Of a stretch of 33,957 nucleotides of DNA, positions 25,533 to 32,825 are shown piece by piece (position 1 is the first letter of the stretch; each line of letters opens with the position of its first letter). Location: IMG/VR virus record IMGVR_UViG_3300032277_000041, positions 1-33,957 of that record; one strand, 5' to 3'. This DNA is from a virus (lineage: Duplodnaviria > Caudoviricetes). The notes below the pieces were generated by a model. That model searched no databases. It saw nothing but the letters and a program-made list of their open reading frames with translations, and had not been told where the DNA came from. The position numbers were made by a program, and so were the translations under genes.

Positions 25533-26774
25533 CTAGCCCCTGATGTTGACCGGGCGAACGACGCACCGGCAGTTGATGTCCTCGGCAGGGTCGAAGAATA
25601 GACCAGGCCCCTCGCCAGACGCACCCGAGATCGTATCGAACGGCTCGCCTGGTTGCACGCGTTCGCCGTCTAGCTCTTTGTGAGACTCGCGCACTGCGTC
25701 ATCCTGACTGGTGACCCACTCCTTTTCAAAGACGACGCCGATGTTCGCTGCCTGGTTGAATGCCATTTCCTGACCCTGCGACACGGTGCGCGCAGTTTCG
25801 GTGCGCGCGATGGTCAGTGCTCGCGCAGGCGAGAATGCATGGTCTCGAATCAGCGTGCGTTGTAGCTCACCGACTGCGACGCCGTCAGCTAGCCCAGCGC
25901 GCACGACCTTTGCGACTCGATCCTTTGTGACCTGCTGCACGTCCGCGATCATTTCCGCGATGATCTGGTAGGTTGGATCAAGGGTGGGGTCAAATTCAGA
26001 TTCCTCCATCAGCAGGCGCGCGACTACCGCGTAGGATCTGCGCACGCCTCGCTCGATCGTCTGCGCTGCAAACTGCTCTTGCACGATTGCGACCTCGACA
26101 TCATCCATCAAGATCGCGCGCAGTTCCTCGTCGCTGATGCTGCGAGAAATGGACCGAGTGCCACCTAGCACCCTTGCGATGCGGTCGTTGTACCGTGCGA
26201 CCTGCTGCGGAAAGATGCCGCTCTTGCCAGTGCGCCACTGCGCTCGGATCTGCCTCTCAGTCGGTCGCTGCACCGAGTCCAGCCAGCGCCGCCAGTAGAC
26301 GCCAGGCAGGGTGTCTGCACTGGTTCGGACCATTCGCTGCACCGGTCCGCAGTGATGGTGATGCCTGCGCTTGCGCTTGTCTGCTGCGTCCAGTTGGTTC
26401 CGCTTGCGTCGAGCCCATGCCCGTCCGCTGTCTCCGCCCCATAGATCCCAGGCGATGCGCAGCGGTCCGACTCGATCGCTGGCGGTGTCCCACTTTTCCG
26501 TGCCGCGCTGCTTCTGTGCCTCCGCGCTGAACCGCTCAAAGAATGCAAACATGTCGCGCACGTTGTCAGGGTGGATGTCCTGACCCGAGAGGATCCGATT
26601 GGCCATGTTCAGAGCCTTTCGGGTTCCTCCTCGACCGTGCTTTCTCCGCAGATCCTTTCCGCGCTTGGCTGCGCGCTGCATCTGCTTCGTAGCTACCAGA
26701 ACGATTGCGTCGTAGCGGCTCGGAGCAGAGCCCCCCTGGCGCGCGACCACCTGATACGGCATCGCCTCGGTCAC
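25533..26774 (-). CDS. Mu gpF/SPP1 gp7-like minor head protein with extra N-terminal domain
   Basis: C-terminal IARTET, KEW, D.AVRESH..LDG and EDINCRC; N-terminal IAWDLWGGDSG domain. Confidence 0.85.
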   Translation of the reverse strand: MTEAMPYQVVARQGGSAPSRYDAIVLVATKQMQRAAKRGKDLRRKHGRGGTRKALNMANRILSGQDIHPDNVRDMFAFFERFSAEAQKQRGTEKWDTASDRVGPLRIAWDLWGGDSGRAWARRKRNQLDAADKRKRRHHHHCGPVQRMVRTSADTLPGVYWRRWLDSVQRPTERQIRAQWRTGKSGIFPQQVARYNDRIARVLGGTRSISRSISDEELRAILMDDVEVAIVQEQFAAQTIERGVRRSYAVVARLLMEESEFDPTLDPTYQIIAEMIADVQQVTKDRVAKVVRAGLADGVAVGELQRTLIRDHAFSPARALTIARTETARTVSQGQEMAFNQAANIGVVFEKEWVTSQDDAVRESHKELDGERVQPGEPFDTISGASGEGPGLFFDPAEDINCRCVVRPVNIRG

Positions 26775-28186
26775 GCCTCATCCCGCAGAAGTGGTCCCAG
26801 GAAATCGAGCAGGGCTCCGACCTCAGTGCGCAAGTCGTCTTCATCGTCTGGGTCTGCGTCGGTCAGCATCTCGCGCAGCGCCTCGACCTGCGTGATGATG
26901 TCCTGCAGCGCTTCTGCGTCCGCTTCGGCTGCAGGGTCGGCTGCGACCTCGTCTGGTGCGCCTGGTGTGTTCGGGTCGATGCCAAATGAGGCGACCTCTG
27001 GTGCATCATCAAACCGCTCGAAGGCATAGGCCTCTGCTGGGCTCATGCCGTTCGCGATGTGGAGCGCGACGCGTTGCAGGCGCTCGGTCCTGCCGTCTTC
27101 CATCTCCGGCAACACATGACAGACGCGAATGCCCGTGAATCCTAGCCGGCGAACGAGGTCCGTCAGCACGTCATCGATCAGGCTAGCTAGCGGTGTCAGC
27201 GTGTCGACGATGTATGAGCGACGCTCCATCTCTGCCGTCGCGTAGTTCGCAGACTGCAGACCCAGCAGCGTCGGAGGCACACCGGTGACTGCGCTGATGA
27301 CCTTGACGGTGTACTCGCGCGAGGCCATGCCGCCTAGCTCATCGACTGTCCAGTCAAGAGCCTCGAAGGTGCCTGCGCCCGACATCACTGCGACGCCTCC
27401 GGTCTGCTCTCGGAGGATGCGATCGATCTGGGTCTGCATGTCGCGCACCTGCGGACGACCCCAAGTCGACTTCGGATCTCGCGGCACGTAGGCAGCATCT
27501 GGTCTGCCCCTGCCAGCCTTCTTTGCCATCTGCGCTGCCATAGCTACGTCGGCTGCGAGGTCTCGATCCATCGGCTCGACTTCGCCCGTGCCGTACAGGC
27601 GCTGGAGTCCACCACCGCCCGATGCGTAGCGCAGGTGAGCGATGCACTCAGGGTCGTAGGACACATCTGTGCCCTGCTGGTCGTAGACATATGCGAGCGC
27701 GCTGCCGTCGCGACCAGGTGTGATGTTGACCCGCGCTGGCTCCAGCAGCAGCATCCCAGTCGGCGCAGTGCCTGGTGCACCCTTGCCGACTGGCAACACG
27801 TATGCGTTCCCACCTGGCAGCAGGTCGGTCACAAGTTGCGTCCTGAACTGGCGCGCGGTCTGCATCGTGTTGGGTCGATCGAAAAGCTCGCAGAGCGGAT
27901 GGTCCTCGATCGTCTCGTAGCTATCGCCGTTGTACCGCTGCACCTTTAGCTGCAGTGCAGCCAGCGAGGATGCGCGGATGTCGACTGCTCGCCAGTACCA
28001 CGGGTTCGCCAGCAGTGCAGACGCGGCGCGGCGCGGGTCGTAGGCAGTCGGGACTGACTCAGCGCTCGCAAAGTCTGAGCCCGCGACGAAGGCCTGCTCA
28101 TCGCTCGGAGGCTCGACGGTCACAACAGACAACGCGCGCAGGATGCGGACCGGTAGCGACAGAGGTGTAGGTTGTGCAGTGCTCAT
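26771..28186 (-). CDS. Portal protein (HK97-type)
   Basis: HPL...PN, GNAY, LEPARV, IAHLR, GVPPTLLG and NYATAE motifs. Confidence 0.92.
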   Translation of the reverse strand: MSTAQPTPLSLPVRILRALSVVTVEPPSDEQAFVAGSDFASAESVPTAYDPRRAASALLANPWYWRAVDIRASSLAALQLKVQRYNGDSYETIEDHPLCELFDRPNTMQTARQFRTQLVTDLLPGGNAYVLPVGKGAPGTAPTGMLLLEPARVNITPGRDGSALAYVYDQQGTDVSYDPECIAHLRYASGGGGLQRLYGTGEVEPMDRDLAADVAMAAQMAKKAGRGRPDAAYVPRDPKSTWGRPQVRDMQTQIDRILREQTGGVAVMSGAGTFEALDWTVDELGGMASREYTVKVISAVTGVPPTLLGLQSANYATAEMERRSYIVDTLTPLASLIDDVLTDLVRRLGFTGIRVCHVLPEMEDGRTERLQRVALHIANGMSPAEAYAFERFDDAPEVASFGIDPNTPGAPDEVAADPAAEADAEALQDIITQVEALREMLTDADPDDEDDLRTEVGALLDFLGPLLRDEA

Positions 28187-28225
28187 GTCGCGAGCGTATC
28201 ACGGACCGGATCGAACGGCGCAAGA

Positions 28226-28254
28226 ATGCGAAAGCCCCGCGCGGGGGCGGGGCT
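28226..28254 (-). terminator. Intrinsic terminator of the moron
   Basis: On the minus strand AGCCCCGC-6-GCGGGGCT is followed by TTCGCATT. Confidence 0.6.
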
Positions 28255-28275
28255 CGGGTCGGCAGGTGGGCGCCG

Positions 28276-28512
28276 TTAGGCGTTCGTCGCTGCGTCATCG
28301 CTCATAACGTAGGTCAGCATCGCGCGCGCTGCGTAGACAAAGTTGGCCGGTGTCCGCTCATAGCCGCACACGTCGTTGAGGTAGCGCGCTGCGTCTGTGT
28401 CAAAACTTTCGACAGTTGCCCGGCTGCCGTAAATCGTACACATAGAGCGCTGACGTGTGATGAAGATACTGCGGAGGCGTCGGTATTCGGCTGCGGCTTC
28501 GGTGCGGGTCAT
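28276..28512 (-). CDS. Moron gene, hypothetical protein (78 aa)
   Basis: Start MTRTEAA; own promoter, leader hairpin, RBS and terminator; sits between terL and portal. Confidence 0.75.
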   Translation of the reverse strand: MTRTEAAAEYRRLRSIFITRQRSMCTIYGSRATVESFDTDAARYLNDVCGYERTPANFVYAARAMLTYVMSDDAATNA

Positions 28513-28610
28513 CTTGCTTCTCCGTGTGTTGTGGTGCAAGGCTCCCGCCTCGCCCTCTAAGTATGGCCCGCTATTGGTCTCCCGTCAATAGGTTTTCTGA
28601 TATTTCAGCA
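28513..28610 (-). promoter_or_regulatory. Sigma70-like promoter, GGGA leader hairpin and RBS
   Basis: AATATCAGAAAACCT; TTGACG (28588-28583)-17-CATACT; hairpin GCGAGGC-GGGA-GCCTTGC (28536-28553); ACACACGGAGAAG. Confidence 0.75.
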
Positions 28611-30388
28611 ATCAACCGCAACCGCCGCGCCTCCATGACAAGGTACCGCAGCGCGTCCCACGCGTGATCTGCCCCAACCACCTCGGTCTCGCGGTGCACC
28701 GTCAACTGCGACCGGTCGCCTGCGTTGATGTCTCGCCATGCTAGCTCTGCGATCTCTGCTCGGAGCGGTGCGGTGCTCGTATCGTCGTGGATGAGCAGGC
28801 CCGCAGTCCCGTCGCGGACTTCGAGCAGTCGGTCAACCGCTGCGAAGCCTTCGCGCCTGGCCTTGATTGCTGGTCGAGTCGGCAGCCCCATCTGAGCCCA
28901 TCGGTCACGGGCGTCTGCGTCTGCTGGGTCTGCTGCGCGGGCGTAGGGCTCTGGTGTCGATCGACCAGTCCCGTTGCACGTCGAGCACTGCTCCGCCGCT
29001 GCGAAGCGTCGATCCCACCATCGGTCCGCAGGCCAGTCCTCGCGACCAGGCCAACAGTCTGGACAGCCCTCTGCACGATGCACCGCGTAGATGTGCGCGT
29101 CGGTGTTGACGCCCGCCTCATACCTGCAGCGCAGGATGTGGAGCACCCCTCGCGGATCGACCGCACCCCAGATGTAGGCGAGCGGTGCACGGAATCCAAA
29201 ATCCAGCCCGTCGATGCGCGGCCAGTCTGCCATCTCGGATTCTGGGATCGCCTCGATGACGTGGACCGATGGGTCGTAGCTAGGATGCACCAGGCCCTCT
29301 AGCTGCACGAATTCTGCATGGCGTCGGACCCTGCGCTCGCGCTCAGTCATCGACGCGAGCCATCTGCGCATGGCGTCGCCATCGATCATCGGGTTGTCGA
29401 TCGGGTCGAGTCGGTAGACTTCCACCTCGCCTGCGCTGCGCGGCGGATCGCGGAACAGGATGTCGACGACTGCTGCCGACTTTCCGCGCGTCGGAGTGAA
29501 CGTGCCAAGCCAGCGACCGCCCTGGTCTGCGACTGCTCGCACCTGCTCGCGCAGCACGTCGACGTCTCCATGGTCTTCGTCGTTGTGCACTAGTGGAGTC
29601 GATGTGCCCTGCCATCGTTTGCTGGCGTCTGCTCCGCTGGTCGTTTTGAACAGCACGCTACCTGGCAGGCCTGCTCCGCTGCCTGGCTTCCATGTACTCG
29701 CAGTCTGCGCAGCAAATCGTGCGGACCATCTCCAGTCGCTAGGCAGGAGGCTGTCGTAAATCGGGCGCAGGTAGTCTCGCGAGTCATCGTTGGTGATCGA
29801 CCCGGCCAGCACCAGTGCCGGAGCTAGCTGCAGTCGACCCCGATGCAGACCGTTGCGACGCAGGAATTCTGCGACGTCAGGATGCGCTGCGCCCATGGCT
29901 GACATCACTCCGCAGATCGATCCAGACCAGGACTTGCTGCTGCGGTTGCCACCAAGCGCAACGAAGTACAGCGCAGACGATGCCAGAAACCGACGGATCA
30001 TCTCTAGCTGCGAGGTGCGCTCCTCCTCGACTCCGCAGGCCGGACAGCGGTGCAGGTCTCCTGACACGTGCTGCATCGCGACGCCGTGCATCGGTTGTTC
30101 GTCGGTCGGACCGGTCCTGCCACATGGCTTGCCTGCGGAGTTCATCAGCCGACCAGTCGAGGCGCGCACCCAAGTCGGATCGCTGCAGGTCTGACACTCC
30201 GGTCGCCATAGCTCGACGAACCGCAGCGGATGTCCTGCGTAGATCCTGCGCTGCTTCATCTCGTGCTCGATGAGCGCCTGGCACGCTGCCTCGATGTCGG
30301 ACGGGACTGCGCACTGGTTCTGGATGATGTAGAGCGCCCATCGGATCCGGTCGTAGTAGCTACCATCAGTCGGTGCGGATGGAATCAC
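28571..30388 (-). CDS. terL: Terminase large subunit
   Basis: Walker A GGNRSSKS, Walker B VHNDED, TFTP coupling motif, nuclease GLDFGF/ADPA/DHAWDALRY; likely GTG start at 30388. Confidence 0.9.
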   Translation of the reverse strand: MIPSAPTDGSYYDRIRWALYIIQNQCAVPSDIEAACQALIEHEMKQRRIYAGHPLRFVELWRPECQTCSDPTWVRASTGRLMNSAGKPCGRTGPTDEQPMHGVAMQHVSGDLHRCPACGVEEERTSQLEMIRRFLASSALYFVALGGNRSSKSWSGSICGVMSAMGAAHPDVAEFLRRNGLHRGRLQLAPALVLAGSITNDDSRDYLRPIYDSLLPSDWRWSARFAAQTASTWKPGSGAGLPGSVLFKTTSGADASKRWQGTSTPLVHNDEDHGDVDVLREQVRAVADQGGRWLGTFTPTRGKSAAVVDILFRDPPRSAGEVEVYRLDPIDNPMIDGDAMRRWLASMTERERRVRRHAEFVQLEGLVHPSYDPSVHVIEAIPESEMADWPRIDGLDFGFRAPLAYIWGAVDPRGVLHILRCRYEAGVNTDAHIYAVHRAEGCPDCWPGREDWPADRWWDRRFAAAEQCSTCNGTGRSTPEPYARAADPADADARDRWAQMGLPTRPAIKARREGFAAVDRLLEVRDGTAGLLIHDDTSTAPLRAEIAELAWRDINAGDRSQLTVHRETEVVGADHAWDALRYLVMEARRLRLIAEISENLLTGDQ

Positions 30389-30546
30389 TCGACCACCTGC
30401 GCACCATCGTACAGCCCTGATGCATATCCGACCTGGTAGGCCACCAGGCACATTGCTCCCAGGCTAGCTAGCCAGCACAGCATCGCGACCGCGACTGCCT
30501 GCCACAGAATGCGCGTCGCTCGATCGTGGTCGATGGTCAGCGTCAT
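30385..30546 (-). CDS. 53-aa single-TM protein between terS and terL
   Basis: MTLTIDHDRATRILWQAVAVAMLCWLASLGAMCLVAYQVG...; 4-nt overlaps at both ends (ATGA, GTGA). Confidence 0.65.
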   Translation of the reverse strand: MTLTIDHDRATRILWQAVAVAMLCWLASLGAMCLVAYQVGYASGLYDGAQVVE

Positions 30547-31112
30547 TCGACTCCGCCCCCTGCCAGCAAGCGCGCCAGTTCATCCGATGGGTTGACGGTC
30601 AGCGACCCTGGAGTCTCCACCGAGCCTGACACCTCAACCCGCTCTGCCTTCGGAATGCCTGCGCGGTCCATCACCATCTCAGCAGCACGCAACACGTCGC
30701 GGTGCGATGCCGATGGGTCAGACAGCACAGTGCGGATGCGCTTGATGGACAGCGGCAGCAGGTCATTCAACCCACGCGCTGCCATAGCTACGCGCTGGAC
30801 CTTGACCGACTCCAGTGCTGCCAGCCATGCCTCGTCGGATCGGTACCGCGAGATCGTGCACTCGTTGAGGCCTGAGATCTCTGCAGCGCTCCGTCCGGTA
30901 TGCCCTTGGATGATGGCTTCGAACGCTAGCTGCTTCTTGCCCTTGAACACCTGCGGCACGTCGACTGGCTCGATGACTGCTGCCGATGATGCGTGGCTGC
31001 GTTTTAGAAGCTGGGTGAGCGCAGTCGTGTCACCGGCTAGCGCCTTCTTGACCAGCGCTGCCTCTGCCGTTCTCGTGATGCGGTCGGTGTCCTGGTTTGC
31101 GATCTTGGCCAT
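30543..31112 (-). CDS. terS: Terminase small subunit (HTH)
   Basis: HTH (GRSAAEISGLNECTISRY) and LRAAEMVMDRAG...KAERVEVSG; upstream of terL. Confidence 0.75.
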   Translation of the reverse strand: MAKIANQDTDRITRTAEAALVKKALAGDTTALTQLLKRSHASSAAVIEPVDVPQVFKGKKQLAFEAIIQGHTGRSAAEISGLNECTISRYRSDEAWLAALESVKVQRVAMAARGLNDLLPLSIKRIRTVLSDPSASHRDVLRAAEMVMDRAGIPKAERVEVSGSVETPGSLTVNPSDELARLLAGGGVE

Positions 31113-31115
31113 CGG

Positions 31116-32432
31116 TCACCCCTCTTCGACAGGCGCGAGCGCGCCAGGACCGGGATCGACGTTGTGCGCGATTGCCCACTTCGTCCACCTGCGTCGGATG
31201 ACGTCGCAGTACCTCGGATCCAGTTCGATCAAGCGTGCGCGCTGACCGAGGCGCGCTGCAGCAATCAGCGTCGATCCCGATCCTCCGAATGGATCCAGCA
31301 CCACTGCACCAGCGTGACCCGATTGACACAGCATGTCAACGATTAGCTCAACTGGCTTCATGCTCGGATGCTCTTTGTTCTGACGCGGTGCGCTGTGCTC
31401 AAAGACCGATGATCGACCGCCACCTTTGAGTTGCTGATGACTGCCTCGCGTCCATCCGTACAAAATCGGCTCGTGCCTGTACGGGTAGTCAAGATTCATA
31501 TTGAACACTGGCCGTGATTTCATCCAGATCAACTCATGCCGAATAAAACGCAGTCCAGTTGGTCCGAGGCTATTCCAGAATGCAGACATCAACGGTCCGC
31601 TCGGACAGCAGACGTAGAACGGAGATCCGGCTACACTACGATCAACGAGAAGTCGAAACACGTCGGTCAGCAGGATCTCCAATTCGTGTGGACTCAGGCT
31701 GTCGTTAATGATCGTGAGGCCATCCCGGTTCCCGTCTGCGCGATCGCCACCGACTACGGATACCCCATACGGCGGATCCGTCCACACGGCCTCGACCAAC
31801 TCATCGTTTAGCAGCAAGTCCCACGCAGACGGGTCGGTCGAGTCGCCACACACCAGCCGATGCGGACCGAGCACATAGACCGCGCCTGGTTGACTGTCTG
31901 CCTCATCTGCTAGGTCGGGCACATCGTCATCGGACTCATCAGGGTCGACCGCTTCGTGCTCGACGCTAGCTAGCAGCGCTGCGATCTCATCTGCGTCGAA
32001 GCCCATGCCATCGAAGTCGATCCCGTTGGCATCTAGGTCTGCGAGCACTGCTGCCATCAGGGCTTCGTCATCCTGCGCGTTTTTTGCCTGGCGATTGTCC
32101 GACAGCGCGAACGCCTCGAACTGCGCCTCGGTCGCGAAGTCCACCCACATCACCGGGACAAAACCAGGCCCGATCCCATCCGGCGCATTGCGCGGGACGA
32201 ATGCTGGATCTTCCTTCAGCAGTGCGTGCATCGCGAGGCGTCGACCATGCCCTGCTGCAATCCGACGCTCCGACCGCCAGGCCGTGATCGGCACCGGAAA
32301 CCCGAACCGACGAACGCCCGCACTGAGGCGCGCGGTGCTCTCGGCACTATGGACCCGCGCATTCCGCTCCCAGGGATGCAGCGTGTCGATGTGGACCCAC
32401 TCCCAGTCCTGGCCCTTGATCTTGTTTTCCAT
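31116..32432 (-). CDS. ParB-like N-terminal domain fused to an adenine/amino DNA methyltransferase
   Basis: NARVH...FGF..PI...AGHGR...ALSDNR; HRLVCGDST, TDPPY, HPSMKPV, DPFGGSGST, ELDPRYCDVI; start MENKIK after ACACACGGAG. Confidence 0.9.
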   Translation of the reverse strand: MENKIKGQDWEWVHIDTLHPWERNARVHSAESTARLSAGVRRFGFPVPITAWRSERRIAAGHGRRLAMHALLKEDPAFVPRNAPDGIGPGFVPVMWVDFATEAQFEAFALSDNRQAKNAQDDEALMAAVLADLDANGIDFDGMGFDADEIAALLASVEHEAVDPDESDDDVPDLADEADSQPGAVYVLGPHRLVCGDSTDPSAWDLLLNDELVEAVWTDPPYGVSVVGGDRADGNRDGLTIINDSLSPHELEILLTDVFRLLVDRSVAGSPFYVCCPSGPLMSAFWNSLGPTGLRFIRHELIWMKSRPVFNMNLDYPYRHEPILYGWTRGSHQQLKGGGRSSVFEHSAPRQNKEHPSMKPVELIVDMLCQSGHAGAVVLDPFGGSGSTLIAAARLGQRARLIELDPRYCDVIRRRWTKWAIAHNVDPGPGALAPVEEG

Positions 32433-32490
32433 TGCTTGACTCCGTGTGTCGTTCAGATTGTAGCGTATCGCGCCCGATGGCGGCCCTGAC

Positions 32491-32821
32491 TGTCCCACTG
32501 TCCCACCCTTTGTCCTACCTTCTGGCCCAACCAAAACGCCCTGCTGGTGCACTTGTCCCACTTGTCCCACCTCCTGCGCACTAGACACCTATCTATCTCC
32601 GTTTTGGTCGTTTTCTCAAAATAAACGCTCCTCGTGTGTAGTCTAGTGTTGATATACATAGGACAAGTGGGACAGGTCCTATTCATGGGCATTCTGGTCG
32701 GGCCAGCGCATGGGACAATGCCGGGACAAGTGGGACAGTGAGTCTCGAAGTAGTACCGCAGTACTACCGAAGTAGTACCGCCGGAGTACTTCGTGGTACT
32801 TCGTGGTACAAATGTGGGACA
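32491..32821. other. Putative replication origin with inverted iteron arrays
   Basis: Five TGTCC(C/T)AC copies (32491-32570) and six oppositely oriented ..GGACA copies (32658-32821) flank an AT-rich core. Extra GTAGTAC/GTGGTAC repeats lie at about 32748-32810. Directly downstream of the DUF927 gene. Confidence 0.75.
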
Positions 32822-32825
32822 AGCG

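Noticed and set aside
32491-32821. CRISPR or mini-array
   Set aside because: The repeats are 8-9 bp, irregularly spaced and in both orientations, which fits iterons; no cas genes.
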